Assembly (NCBI GenBank): GCA_964388965.1
Contig: CAYMCP010000001.1
Coordinates: forward strand, 12,422 to 76,421
Source of the DNA: an uncultured Thiotrichaceae bacterium
GTDB taxonomy: Bacteria > Pseudomonadota > Gammaproteobacteria > Beggiatoales > Beggiatoaceae
Length of the DNA: 64,000 nt
Reading direction: 5' to 3'
Shown: positions 9,468 to 21,100 of the stretch, one piece after another
Layout of the letters: the number at the start of each line of letters is the position of its first letter
Numbering within the stretch: the first letter of the stretch is position 1
The notes under the pieces: model-generated
What the model was told of the DNA's origin: nothing
What the model saw: only the letters and a program-made list of their open reading frames with translations
Databases searched by the model: none
Translations under genes and position numbers: made by a program

Positions 9468-11753
9468 TTAAACATTATCTGTAAATTCTATTTTAGTATT
9501 TTGCCCTTCTTTGGATTCGACAAGTAAATCACCATCTTTCACTTTAACCGTTACATGCCCACCTTTTTCTAAACGACCAAATAACAACTCCTCTGCTAAT
9601 GCACGTTTTACTTTGTCTTGAATTAAACGCGCCATTGGACGTGCTCCCATTTTCGGATCATAACCTTCTTTTGCCAACCAACGCCGTGCACTATCGTCTA
9701 CTTGCAAGGTAACATTTTTCGCATCTAATTGCGCTTCAAGTTCTATAATGAATTTATCGACTACATTGGCTACAATGTCTAATGGTAATGAATTAAATTG
9801 TACAATTGCGTCTAAACGATTGCGGAACTCTGGGGTAAAAATACGTTTAATGTTTTCCATCGCATCGCTGGAATGATCTTGAAAATTAAAACCAATAGAA
9901 GCACGATTTAAATCCTCAGCACCCGCGTTAGTAGTCATGACCAAAATAACATTACGAAAATCTGTTTTACGTCCATTCGTATCAGTCAATTTTCCATGAT
10001 CCATCACTTGCAGTAACAAATTAAACACATCAGGATGAGCTTTTTCTACCTCATCAAGCAACAATACAGCATGAGGGGTTTTATTAATCGCCTCAGTCAG
10101 CAGGCCACCTTGATCAAATCCAACATAGCCCGGCGGTGCGCCAATTAAACGCGATACGGTATGCCGTTCCATGTATTCTGACATATCAAATCGAATAAGC
10201 TCAATACCAAGAATTTTTGCCAATTGGCGTGTCACTTCAGTTTTACCGACTCCTGTCGGACCTGCAAATAAAAATGAACCTATTGGTTTTTCCTGATCAC
10301 CTAAACCGGAACGAGTCATCTTAATCGCAGTAGCTAAAGTTGAAATCGCGCTGTCTTGACCGAATACTACCATTTTTAAATCACGTTCTAAATTACGCAA
10401 TATATCTTTATCTGAGAGTGATACGGTTTTGGGTGGAATGCGGGCGATTTTGGCAACTATCGTTTCAATATCAATAACATTGATTGTTTTTTTACGTTTA
10501 GAAGGTGTAATTAAACGTTGTGTTGCACCTGCCTCATCAATAACATCAATCGCTTTATCAGGTAGATGCCGATCATGAATATATCTATTTGACAACTCGG
10601 CTGCCGCACGTAACGCCGGTTGTGCAAATTTAATATCATGATGTTCTTCAAAACGTGATTTTAATCCTTTTAAGATTTGTACGGTTTCTTCAACGCTGGG
10701 TTCTACCACATCAATTTTTTGAAAACGACGGGATAAAGCGCGATCTTTTTCAAAAATACCACGATATTCTTGATAAGTTGTTGAACCAATACATTTTAAT
10801 TCACCTGTTGCTAATACGGGTTTAATTAAATTTGACGCATCCATTGCCCCACCAGAGGCTGCACCTGCACCAATAATGGTATGAATTTCATCAATAAATA
10901 AAATTGAATCAGGCTGTTTACGCAATTGAGCAATCACGGATTTTAAACGTTTTTCAAAATCGCCGCGATATTTCGTACCGGCCAATAATGCCCCCATATC
11001 TAGTGCGTAAATTACGCTATCTTTGAGTATGTCTGGCACTTTTTCTTCAACGATCATTCTTGCTAAACCTTCCGCAATCGCTGTTTTACCGACACCAGCC
11101 TCACCCACATATAGCGGATTATTTTTACGGCGACGGCATAAAATTTGTAAGGTGCGTTCAATTTCGTGCTGACGACCGATTAAGGGATCAATTTTACCCA
11201 TAATCGCTTGTTCATTAAGATTAAGGGTATAAACTTCTAATGGATTTTTTGCCGCCGCCGCCTCACTATTAGCCTCTTCATCTTGTGTTTCAGGCACTTC
11301 CATATTTTCATTATCTATTTTCGAGATGCCATGCGAAATAAAATTTACAACGTCTAAACGTGCAATATCTTGCTTGTCTAAAAAGTAAACGGCTTGTGAT
11401 TCGCGCTCACCAAAAATAGAAACTAATACATTTGCCCCCGTTACTTCCTTTTTGCCAGAGGATTGTACATGAAAAACAGCACGTTGCAATACACGTTGAA
11501 AACCCAATGTCGGTTGAGTTTCACGCTCGTCACGACGTGATAATTTGGGTGTCGTTGCATCTAAGAAATCAATTAAATCTTTACGCAATACATCTAAATT
11601 TGCACCACAGGCACGCAGCACACTGGTTGCGGACGGATTCTCTGTTAAAGCCAAAAGTAAATGCTCAACGGTCATAAACTCGTGGCGTTTTTGCCTTGCT
11701 GAATTAAAAGCATCACTGAGTGTCAGCTCTAATTCCTTACTTAACATACTCAT
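9468..11753 (-). CDS. clpA: ATP-dependent Clp protease ATP-binding subunit ClpA
   Basis: Clp N-domain and two AAA+ modules (GEAGVGKTAIAEGLA and GPTGVGKTEVTRQLA). Sits immediately downstream of clpS. Confidence 0.93.
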   Translation of the reverse strand: MSMLSKELELTLSDAFNSARQKRHEFMTVEHLLLALTENPSATSVLRACGANLDVLRKDLIDFLDATTPKLSRRDERETQPTLGFQRVLQRAVFHVQSSGKKEVTGANVLVSIFGERESQAVYFLDKQDIARLDVVNFISHGISKIDNENMEVPETQDEEANSEAAAAKNPLEVYTLNLNEQAIMGKIDPLIGRQHEIERTLQILCRRRKNNPLYVGEAGVGKTAIAEGLARMIVEEKVPDILKDSVIYALDMGALLAGTKYRGDFEKRLKSVIAQLRKQPDSILFIDEIHTIIGAGAASGGAMDASNLIKPVLATGELKCIGSTTYQEYRGIFEKDRALSRRFQKIDVVEPSVEETVQILKGLKSRFEEHHDIKFAQPALRAAAELSNRYIHDRHLPDKAIDVIDEAGATQRLITPSKRKKTINVIDIETIVAKIARIPPKTVSLSDKDILRNLERDLKMVVFGQDSAISTLATAIKMTRSGLGDQEKPIGSFLFAGPTGVGKTEVTRQLAKILGIELIRFDMSEYMERHTVSRLIGAPPGYVGFDQGGLLTEAINKTPHAVLLLDEVEKAHPDVFNLLLQVMDHGKLTDTNGRKTDFRNVILVMTTNAGAEDLNRASIGFNFQDHSSDAMENIKRIFTPEFRNRLDAIVQFNSLPLDIVANVVDKFIIELEAQLDAKNVTLQVDDSARRWLAKEGYDPKMGARPMARLIQDKVKRALAEELLFGRLEKGGHVTVKVKDGDLLVESKEGQNTKIEFTDNV

Positions 11754-11805
11754 AAACTAACCTCACTTTTTGAGATAGCATTCACCGCTTTCATCCGCTA
11801 TCTGT

Positions 11806-12126
11806 TCACACTTGTTCCATCGTACATAACAGTGGATGCTGATTTTCCCGTGCATAAGTATTGACTTGTGCGACTTTGGTCTCTGCGACCTCACGCGAAT
11901 AAGTACCGCAAATACCTTTGCCCTGAGTATGGATTTGCCACATGACACGGTTTGCGACTTCATGAGGCATTCCAAAAAACGTCACTAGTATATGTACAAC
12001 GAATTCCATTGGCGTATAGTCATCGTTTAATAGTACCACTTTGTAAAGAGGCGGTTTTTTTAGCTTAGGACGCGCCTCTTGCACTACAAAGTTATCTTCA
12101 TAATCGGGTGTGTTATTATCTGCCAT
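11806..12126 (-). CDS. clpS: ATP-dependent Clp protease adaptor ClpS
   Basis: 106 aa. [23 protein letters not shown] is the ClpS core motif. Canonical clpS-clpA order. Confidence 0.93.
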   Translation of the reverse strand: MADNNTPDYEDNFVVQEARPKLKKPPLYKVVLLNDDYTPMEFVVHILVTFFGMPHEVANRVMWQIHTQGKGICGTYSREVAETKVAQVNTYARENQHPLLCTMEQV

Positions 12127-12299
12127 TGTTACAGCCGTACCTTAAAATTTTTATGCTTTTACTATTCGGAAGCAATTATTGCTAAGGTTATAATGTCTAT
12201 GCGTTTTTGACAATCCCTAGTTGGATATTTTCAATTTTTGATTTAAATTTAAAGCGTTATTTTAGAACACATCACATTTTTTTAAGAGCATGGTGGAAA

Positions 12300-12845
12300 A
12301 TGTCTGATATTTCAAGTGTGGAGAATAAACCACAAGAAAAAATTTTTTTACCTTTAGGTTTATGGCGTTATTACATGATGATTTTGTATGAAAGTTGTTT
12401 ATTGTTTGGTGTATTATTTTTTGCAGGAGTGATTGCATTACCTCTTTCTCATGCAGAAACCCATGTAGAAAATAGCCCTTTATACGCCTTATATCTTGGA
12501 TTAGTTAGTTTTATTTATTTTGCACTACAATGGCGACGTTTTGGCAAAACTTTAGCTATGGCTACATGGCGAGCACGAATTATACAAGATACTGATTTAC
12601 ATCAAAAAATAACTTGGTGGCAAGCAATCCGACGTTTTTTAGTAGCAAGTATGATTTATTTAATTTTCATTTTAGCATGTTACTGGTCATTTTCATCTAA
12701 TTCAATTATATGGTTAGCTTCAATTCTATGGGTAATTTTTATATTGAATACCGTATATGCTTGGTTTGATGTGAAGCATCGAATGTGGCAAGATTTGGCT
12801 TCCGGTACGCGCCTTGTACGAGAAAAAATTCAACGCGAAACCTGA
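12300..12845 (+). CDS. RDD-family integral membrane protein
   Basis: ATG 12300 is preferred over the track's upstream alternative start at 12207. Three TM segments with an R..D..D-type layout typical of RDD proteins. Confidence 0.55.
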   Translation: MSDISSVENKPQEKIFLPLGLWRYYMMILYESCLLFGVLFFAGVIALPLSHAETHVENSPLYALYLGLVSFIYFALQWRRFGKTLAMATWRARIIQDTDLHQKITWWQAIRRFLVASMIYLIFILACYWSFSSNSIIWLASILWVIFILNTVYAWFDVKHRMWQDLASGTRLVREKIQRET

Positions 12846-13075
12846 AAATTGCCTTTTGAACAATGCTTTTTATTCGACGTTAATTTTATTTATTCATGGC
12901 CAATTTTTATGCAAGTAGAAACAAGGCACACCTTGTCTTTACGGTGAGTGTGTAGAAATTAAATTCAAAATTGCCGACTGTATGTACTACTGCTCAAATT
13001 TTACGGAAATCTCAATCATACTTATAAAATTTACATTTTAAATGGATAACGACACTAGCGTTATTTTCAAGTAAA

Positions 13076-14221
13076 ATGCAGTCGATAATCAAAAAATCAT
13101 GTGCGAGGCAAAAAATGATAATAGAACAGGAGCATATTAATACCTTATTACTGGTAGATGACGTGCCTACTAATCTCAAAGTCTTATTTGGCTATCTCAA
13201 AAGTTGCAATTTTAAAGTACGCATCGCCCGCGACGGTGAAGACGCTCTAAATCAAGTTGCGCTAGCTAAACCCGATTTAATTTTACTAGATGTCATGATG
13301 CCTAAGATGGACGGTTTTGAAACATGTCGTCGTCTAAAAGCAAATGAGGCGACAAAGGATATTCCTGTAATTTTTATGACTGCGCTTACTGAAACGGTAG
13401 ACAAAGTAAAAGGTTTTGATGCAGGTGCGGTAGATTATGTAACAAAACCCATTCAACAGGAAGAAGTGCTCGCACGAATTAATAGCCATTTAATGTTGCG
13501 CGAATTGCAAAAAACATTACAACAAAAAAATGATGACTTCAAACAACAAAATCAAGAACTAGAATCTTTTGCTCATACGGTTGCACATGATTTAAAAAAT
13601 CCTATTAATGCCATTATTAACTACACGGAAATGTTAAAAGAAGATTTTGAGTTAGATAGTGAAGTATTTGAATTACTTGAAAAAATAGAGCAAGCAGGGC
13701 ATAAAATGACTGATATTATTGGCTCATTGTTATTATTAGCAAGCTCTCGTAAACAAACTGTTGATATGCAAGTTATTAGTATGAGTGATGTCGCGTATCA
13801 AGTACAACAACGTCTAGCCCACATGTGTGAAGAATTTGGTGCAACAATCCATTTTCCCGAATCGTGGCATCAAGCCGTCGGCTACGCGCCTTGGATTGAG
13901 GAGGTGTGGACGAATTATATTAGCAATGCGTTAAAATATGGTGGTCGTCCGCCGTTAGTCGAGTTAGGCTCAACTGATTTGGATGATGGATATATCAAAT
14001 TTTGGGTTAAAGACAATGGAGACGGATTAGATGAAGAAGAACAAAGTCATCTATTTGTACCGTTTACTCGTATTAGTCAAGTACGTGTTGAAGGACACGG
14101 TTTAGGCTTATCCATTGTGCAACGCATTGTTGAACGTTGTGACGGTAAAGTTGGAGTGGATAGTAAAAAAGGCTCTGGCTGTGTATTTTATTTTACTTTA
14201 CCTGCAAAACTTGAAAAATAA
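13076..14221 (+). CDS. Cytoplasmic response-regulator receiver / histidine kinase fusion (REC-coiled coil-HisKA-HATPase)
   Basis: REC motifs (LLVDDVP, LILLDVMMPKMDG, MTAL, VTKP). H-box FAHTVAHDLKNPINAI. HATPase N and G boxes (NYISNALKYG, GHGLGLSIV). No TM segment. Confidence 0.8.
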   Translation: MQSIIKKSCARQKMIIEQEHINTLLLVDDVPTNLKVLFGYLKSCNFKVRIARDGEDALNQVALAKPDLILLDVMMPKMDGFETCRRLKANEATKDIPVIFMTALTETVDKVKGFDAGAVDYVTKPIQQEEVLARINSHLMLRELQKTLQQKNDDFKQQNQELESFAHTVAHDLKNPINAIINYTEMLKEDFELDSEVFELLEKIEQAGHKMTDIIGSLLLLASSRKQTVDMQVISMSDVAYQVQQRLAHMCEEFGATIHFPESWHQAVGYAPWIEEVWTNYISNALKYGGRPPLVELGSTDLDDGYIKFWVKDNGDGLDEEEQSHLFVPFTRISQVRVEGHGLGLSIVQRIVERCDGKVGVDSKKGSGCVFYFTLPAKLEK

Positions 14222-14223
14222 CT

Positions 14224-15090
14224 ATGAATATCCAATGGTTTAAAAATATACAACTCTTTATCCTACAACAATTTGACCAAAGTGTAGATAGTTTGCAACA
14301 CGCTTTAAGTCAAAAACAATTCCGAGCTTGTGGTGATTATGAATTTAAAACTTTAGGTTGGATGCCATTTGAGGGTGATATGTTCACTTTTGAAGCAAAT
14401 GGTTGTATTTTTTTACGTTTGCGAATTCAAGAAAAAATCTTGCCTGCCTCAGTTATTCAAGATTTTGTAAACGAAAAAATTGCTGAAATTGAAACCGCAG
14501 AGTCACGCATTGTACGGCGCAAAGAGCGTAATGAAATCAAAGAACAAGTTACGCAAAGTTTACTGCCACGCGCCTTACCAAAAAATACGGATGTGTTACT
14601 ATATTTAGATATGGCGAATCAATGGTTAGTCATAGATATATCAAGCCGTCAGAAAGCAGAAGACATTTGTAGTTTTTTACGTGCAACTTTAGGCAGTTTT
14701 CCCGCTATTTCGCCACAATTTCAAATTTCACCATCATTGTTTATGACCCAATGGCTAAAAAATCAGCACACACCTGACGGTTTTATCTTAGGCGAAGATT
14801 GTAAACTGGTCGCCAGCGAAGGGGAGTCTGTCACTTGCAAGCAAATGGATTTACGCTCATCTGAGGTGCAAGAACACCTGAATACGGGTAAAATGGTGGA
14901 ATACTTGGCTTTAAATTGGGATAACCATTTAGAATTAATTTTAGATGAAAATTTTAGTATTAAACGTTTGAAATTTAACGATATTACACAAGAAGATGAA
15001 TTCACCGATATAACTATGATGACACTGGAATTTACCCGATTGATTCAAACTTTATTCAGTGTATTAGGTGGTTTGGCTAAAACTGCATAA
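14224..15090 (+). CDS. rdgC: Recombination-associated protein RdgC
   Basis: The N-terminal WFKNIQLF motif and ~290-aa length match RdgC. Confidence 0.8.
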   Translation: MNIQWFKNIQLFILQQFDQSVDSLQHALSQKQFRACGDYEFKTLGWMPFEGDMFTFEANGCIFLRLRIQEKILPASVIQDFVNEKIAEIETAESRIVRRKERNEIKEQVTQSLLPRALPKNTDVLLYLDMANQWLVIDISSRQKAEDICSFLRATLGSFPAISPQFQISPSLFMTQWLKNQHTPDGFILGEDCKLVASEGESVTCKQMDLRSSEVQEHLNTGKMVEYLALNWDNHLELILDENFSIKRLKFNDITQEDEFTDITMMTLEFTRLIQTLFSVLGGLAKTA

Positions 15091-15264
15091 TTATTAAATT
15101 ATCGTTAGATTATAGCTTTTAAATCCCGTTGTTAAACAATCGAAAATAACTTGATTTAGCTTATTTTAATTTTCTGAATGACATTGCTATAATATATACA
15201 TTCTACTAAAAATATTTTCATAGAGAATTGACAGATAATTTTCTCGAAATGATAGGTAATACAG

Positions 15265-16626
15265 ATGTTTGATAATTTAACCGAACGCTTAACTGCAACA
15301 TTTAAAAACTTACGTGGTCAAGGTCGTTTAACCGAAAAAAATATTAAAGAAGCTTTACGCGAACTGCGTATGGCTCTACTAGAAGCGGACGTTGCTTTGC
15401 CGGTCGCCAAAGCCTTTATTGAAAAAGTCCGCAAACAAGCCATTGGTAAAGAAGTATTACAAAGTCTCACGCCAGGACAAGAATTAATCCGCGTGGTGCG
15501 GGATGAATTAACTTCATTAATGGGCGAAAAAAATAATGCACTAGATTTAAATAGTCGCCCACCCGTTGTTGTATTGATGGCAGGCTTGCAAGGTTCGGGT
15601 AAAACGACATCTGTTGCTAAATTATCACGTTGGCTTATAGAGCGTGAAAAAAAGAAAGTTTTAGTTGTAAGCTGTGATGTCTATCGCCCCGCCGCAATCA
15701 AACAATTAGAAACCCTCGCCGATCAAGTAAAAGCCGATTTTTTCCCCAGCGATATTAAGCAAAAACCGATAGATATTGCTCATGCCGCATTAAACCATGC
15801 TAAACAAAAATTCTATGATGTGCTCTTGGTAGATACGGCTGGTCGTTTGCATATTGACGATGAGATGATGAATGAAATCAAGCAATTACATGCAGCGATA
15901 CAACCTCATGAAACCTTATTTGTCGTAGATAGTATGACAGGGCAAGATGCTGCTAATACGGCTAAAGCTTTTAATGATGCGTTACCACTTTCAGGGGTTA
16001 TTTTAACTAAAGCAGATGGTGATGCACGCGGTGGAGCAGCATTATCTGTGCGTCATATTACTGGTAAACCCATTAAATTTATCGGTACGGGTGAGAAAAC
16101 GGATGCCTTAGAGCCATTTTATCCCGAACGTTTAGCATCGCGTATCATTGGTCAGGGCGATATTTTAAGCCTGATTGAGGACGCAGAACGCAACGTTGAT
16201 CAAAAACAAGCTAGAAAATTAGTTAATAAACTGAGAAAAGGCAAAAGTTTTGATTTGGAAGATTTCCGTAATCAGCTCGTACAAATGCGCAATATGGGCG
16301 GCGTGGGAAATTTAATGGATAAGCTACCCGGTATGGGAGAAGTGCCGCAGCAAGCCAAAGAACAGGTTTCTGACAAAGAATTTAAGCGTATGGAAGCAAT
16401 TATTAATTCTATGACGTTAGTTGAAAGACGCTCGCCGGCTATCATTAAAGGTTCACGCAAAAAACGTATTGCAATGGGTTCTGGTACGCAAGTACAAGAT
16501 GTCAATCGCTTACTTAAACAATTCAATCAAATGCAGAAAATGATGAAACAAATGACTAAAAAAGGTGGTATGGAACGTTTAATGAGGGGTTTTAAGGGTA
16601 AATTACCTCAAGGACTACCGTTCTGA
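15265..16626 (+). CDS. ffh: Signal recognition particle protein Ffh
   Basis: MFDNLTERL N-terminus. GTPase motifs GLQGSGKTTS, DTAGR and TKADGD. Met-rich M domain at the C-terminus. Confidence 0.95.
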   Translation: MFDNLTERLTATFKNLRGQGRLTEKNIKEALRELRMALLEADVALPVAKAFIEKVRKQAIGKEVLQSLTPGQELIRVVRDELTSLMGEKNNALDLNSRPPVVVLMAGLQGSGKTTSVAKLSRWLIEREKKKVLVVSCDVYRPAAIKQLETLADQVKADFFPSDIKQKPIDIAHAALNHAKQKFYDVLLVDTAGRLHIDDEMMNEIKQLHAAIQPHETLFVVDSMTGQDAANTAKAFNDALPLSGVILTKADGDARGGAALSVRHITGKPIKFIGTGEKTDALEPFYPERLASRIIGQGDILSLIEDAERNVDQKQARKLVNKLRKGKSFDLEDFRNQLVQMRNMGGVGNLMDKLPGMGEVPQQAKEQVSDKEFKRMEAIINSMTLVERRSPAIIKGSRKKRIAMGSGTQVQDVNRLLKQFNQMQKMMKQMTKKGGMERLMRGFKGKLPQGLPF

Positions 16627-16717
16627 TATCCGATTTTAACAGTCAAAACATAATACGCTAGCTTGTTCGTGCATCAAAAACGCCTTTAATTAATCGGGGA
16701 ATGGAGAGGAGATATGT

Positions 16718-17329
16718 ATGTCGCTATCGAGGATACTTATTTTAGCTTATTTTTTAATAGGTTGCACAGCAGTACCTACCCAAGAAATGAGTGATGCGCG
16801 GCTTGCATTGAAAGCAGCACAAAAAGCCCATGCAGAGTATTATGTTCCTGAAAATATTGCCCAAGCACAAGATACTTTAAGCCAAGCAGAGCAAGCACTA
16901 TCAGAAGGACAATTTAATGAAGCGCGTCATAACGCCCTATTAGCCAAGGAGCAAGCGGTAAAGGCTTACGAAATGTCGGTTGCAGTTGATCAAGCAAAAA
17001 TGATTTGGCAAGAAATTGCTTTTTTAACTTATGATAAGGATATTAATTTATTATTTAAAAAAGCCAAAGAATTTGCCCAACAGGGGGATGTCAGCCAAAC
17101 TTTATATTTTGCATCACAAGTACATAAAGAAGGCGAAAAAACTTTAAATCGTCTCTACTTAGAGCAGGCAGGACACATCTTAGAAAAGCTACAGACTAAA
17201 CGTCATTCACTCAGTGAAAAAGACCTAACTGTACTAGAACAAGCTCAACTTGATTACATTAACAAGAAAGGAAAAAAGGCTTATAACTTAATATTTAAGC
17301 TTTATAATCGGCATTTTCTCAATCACTAG
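16718..17329 (+). CDS. Lipoprotein, DUF4398-like helical protein
   Basis: Lipobox LIGC after a signal sequence. GGAGAGGAG RBS. The helical A/Q/E-rich N-terminal region resembles DUF4398. Confidence 0.5.
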   Translation: MSLSRILILAYFLIGCTAVPTQEMSDARLALKAAQKAHAEYYVPENIAQAQDTLSQAEQALSEGQFNEARHNALLAKEQAVKAYEMSVAVDQAKMIWQEIAFLTYDKDINLLFKKAKEFAQQGDVSQTLYFASQVHKEGEKTLNRLYLEQAGHILEKLQTKRHSLSEKDLTVLEQAQLDYINKKGKKAYNLIFKLYNRHFLNH

Positions 17330-17551
17330 TATAATAATAAAACTTCATGTATATTTAGGAAAAGCAACTTATCTTGCAAGTTTTACACTTTGCTCGTAAC
17401 ATTCTAGCTTTGTTGATGAAAAGGCTCTATATAAATAACTAGCCATTGGTTTAAATTTAACGATACTTACCGACCAATAGGCGGGTTGGTGTAATTTTAG
17501 CAAACACTATTTAGCTTAAATGATGAGTATGATGGAATAGGCCTCAATGCC

Positions 17552-18118
17552 ATGAAAATAAACCGATTTAATTTAAAATACATAAGCTGCATGATACTGG
17601 TCTTGTCTACGCTCATGACTTCTTTTCTCGGTTATGCTGCACCTCCTGCCGCCAAAGAATACCAAATTAAAGCTGTTTTCTTATTCAATTTTGTCAATTT
17701 TATATCTTGGCCCGACGATGCTTTTACAGATAAAACCGAGCTTTTTATAATCTGCGTTGTAGGAAAAGACCCCTTTGGTATTTATTTAGACTTCACCACA
17801 GAAGGACAAACAACAAGAGATGGACGTGGATTAAAAATTAAACGCATTAAAGATAATTTACAAGAAATTCAAAGTTGCCATATCTTGTTTGTTAGTGATT
17901 CAGAGCAAAATAATTTGAATGCCATTTTTGAGAAAACACGAAATTCAGCAATTTTAACAGTTAGTGATATTGATAATTTTGTTAAAAAAGGTGGTATGGT
18001 AAAATTTTTTAATCGTAGCAATAAAATCCGTCTCGGAATTAATCCCGATGCTATTAAAGCAGCAAGGCTGATAGCTAATGCAAATTTGCTAAATCTCTCT
18101 CAAATTATCCGACCATAA
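17552..18118 (+). CDS. YfiR-family (DUF4154) periplasmic protein
   Basis: Signal peptide followed by EYQIKAVFLFNFVNFISWP...ILTVSD...GGMVKF...RLGINPDA...LLNLS. This matches the DUF4154/YfiR pattern as I recall it. Confidence 0.7.
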   Translation: MKINRFNLKYISCMILVLSTLMTSFLGYAAPPAAKEYQIKAVFLFNFVNFISWPDDAFTDKTELFIICVVGKDPFGIYLDFTTEGQTTRDGRGLKIKRIKDNLQEIQSCHILFVSDSEQNNLNAIFEKTRNSAILTVSDIDNFVKKGGMVKFFNRSNKIRLGINPDAIKAARLIANANLLNLSQIIRP

Positions 18119-18152
18119 CACGCATTGAACCACGCAATTGAATGAATTTATT

Positions 18153-21100
18153 ATGAAAAATTTTGCTGATTTATCCATCAAGCGTAAGCTTATTCTCATT
18201 ACCATGCTGGTCAATGTTGTTGCTTTACTTGCTGCGTCTGGTTTTTTCGCTGCAAATGAAGTCGCCTCACTCCGCAGTGCAATGGTTAGAGATTACAAAG
18301 TATTAGCGGAAGTAATTGGTGCAAACAGCGTCGCCTCACTAATGTTTTATGAGTCTGAATCAGCTAGCAAAACTTTAAGTGCTTTGTCGGCTGAAAAACA
18401 TGTAACGGGAGCGGTTATTTACGATCAATTAGGCGAAGTCTTCGCCCTTTACGAACGAAAAAATGCAAAAGGTTTTAATGCTCCAACCGTTCAAGAGAAT
18501 GGACACCATTTTGAAACATATCGCTTACTTATTTTTCAAGATATTAATTTTAATGGTCAAACGGTAGGTAAAGTATTCATTGAGTCAGATTTGGAAAGAA
18601 TTAATCAACTCATATTGGAATATGTGGTTATTATATTTGCTATTTTGTCAATTACATCACTACTTGCCTTTTTTCTCACAACTCGCCTACAAAGTTTAAT
18701 TTCTCGTCCAATTTTGCACTTAGTTGAAACCACAAATGCAGTGAGCAAAGGTAATGATTATGCAGTACGTGCTCAACGTTACGGTCGAGATGAATTAGGG
18801 CAATTGGTAGACGGTTTTAACGAGATGTTAGCACAAATTCAACGCCGTGATGAAATGTTAGCGCGACACCGAGACCACCTAGAAGATCAAGTAAAATTGC
18901 GAACCGCTGAATTATCAAAAATGAATTTAGATTTAGAGCAAACTATTGAGGACTTGCAAGAAGCCAAAGAAGCCGCAGAAGTCGCTAGTAAGGCAAAAAG
19001 TGAATTTTTAGCAAATATGAGCCATGAAATTCGCACCCCAATGAATGCAGTCATTGGTATGACGGGTTTGTTGGCGCAAACAGAATTAAACTTAGAACAA
19101 CGTGATTTCGTCGAAACTGTGCGCACTAGCAGTGATGCGTTATTAGCATTAATCAACGATATTTTAGATTTTTCCAAAATCGATGCAGGTAAATTAGAAT
19201 TAGAGCAACATCCTTTCAATATTCGAGAATGTGTAGAGGCAGCATTAGATTTGGTCACCTCTCGCGCTTGCGAAAACGGTTTAGAATTAGTCGCCTCATT
19301 CGATAAACATTTACCAAATAATTTATCTGGTGATGTCACGCGGTTACGACAAATTTTAGTCAATCTATTAAGCAATGCAGTAAAGTTTACTGAACATGGA
19401 GAAGTCATTGTTGAAGTATCTGGCTCTTTGCATTTTAATGGAAGAATTGAGCTATTTTTTGCGGTAAAAGATACTGGTATCGGCATCCCTATTGAGAGAA
19501 TGGATAGATTATTTCGTTCATTTAGCCAAGTTGATGCTTCGATGACGCGCAAATATGGTGGGACAGGGTTGGGCTTGGCGATTAGTAAACATTTATGTGA
19601 ATTAATGGGCGGTCGAATGTGGGTTACAAGCGAAATAGAAAAAGGTTCTACGTTTTACTTTACAATCGTTGCCGACCCAATCGAAGACGAAGATGAGAAA
19701 AATCAATTGCAAGATTCACGCGCCGAATTGAAAGGACAGCGCGTATTAGTCGTGGATGATAACCATACTAATCGCCGAATTTTAAATTTACAGCTACATC
19801 ACTGGGGCATGGAGGCAATTGAAGCGATGTCAGGTGAAGAAGCATTAAAAAAATTGCAAGATAAACACAAATTTAGTCTAGCAATTTTGGATATGCAGAT
19901 GCCCGTTATGGACGGTATGACGTTGGCACGACAAATTCGTAAACAATACAGTGCCTCTGAATTACCGCTTGTAATGTTGACCTCTTTGGGCAGACAACAA
20001 GCTGATATAGATATGAATTTATTTGCAGCTTATTTGAATAAACCCGTTAAATCCTCACAATTATTTGACTGCTTAATTGATATTTTTGCGCATAAAATGA
20101 TACATCCCAAGCCATTTATTCCGAAATCTCATCATCTAAGCAAAGTAGTGACATCAGGTCTACTTGTTGAAGAAAAACCATTGCGCATTTTATTAACCGA
20201 AGATAATTTGACTAATCAAAAAGTTGCACGTTTACTTTTAGATAGAATGGGTTTTAGTGAAAAAACGGGACTGGCGATTAGTATTGCTAATAATGGTGCT
20301 GAGGCGGTAGAGGCGGTTAAACAACGTCAATATGATGTGATATTAATGGACGTGCAAATGCCAGTCATGGACGGGTTTGAAGCGACAAAACAGATTCGGG
20401 AATATTGCAATAAACCAGAAGTGCGTCCTTATATTGTTGCTATGACTGCTCATGCTTTACGTGGTTATCGAGAAAAATGTTTAGAAGCAGGTATGGATGA
20501 TTATGTCACTAAACCTATACGTCCTGAAGATTTAGCAGCCGCATTAAAACGTTGTCCGCGTGTATACGAAGACTATAAATCTGTTGCATTAGAAGTAGTT
20601 GAGCCACAAACGAAACCAACGCAAGTACAAGTCGAACAAAAAACCGTTGAGCCGCAAGTAGAAAAAATCGAAAATGATAGCCGGGTAGCAAAATTAAAGG
20701 AAGAAATTCAACAAACCCTCATTAATTTGGTTGGTGAGGCAGAAGGTGAAATTGTCATTGAATTGCTCACAACTTATTTAGATAGTAGTAAAACATTAAC
20801 TGGAAATTTATCGACTGCCGTGGCACAGCAAGACCCAAAATTAATGGAACATGCTGCACATAGCTTAAAATCCAGTAGTGCCAGTTTGGGTGCAACCTTG
20901 TTATCTGAGATGAGTAGGCAACTAGAAAAGCAAGGGCGAGAAGGTGATATGACTGATGTTGAAGCAAAAGTCAGTGCATTGTTAGCAGAATATCAGGCAG
21001 TAAAACAAGCTTTAAAGCTTCTCTTGGGTGATTCGCCAGAATTTGTGGAAGTGGAAAATTCTACTGCTGTAGAAACGGAAAAAACATTAGAACAGCTTGC

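Noticed and set aside
11763-11975. 70-aa minus-strand ORF overlapping clpS in another frame.
   Set aside because: clpS in the alternative frame is unambiguous, so this is a frame shadow.
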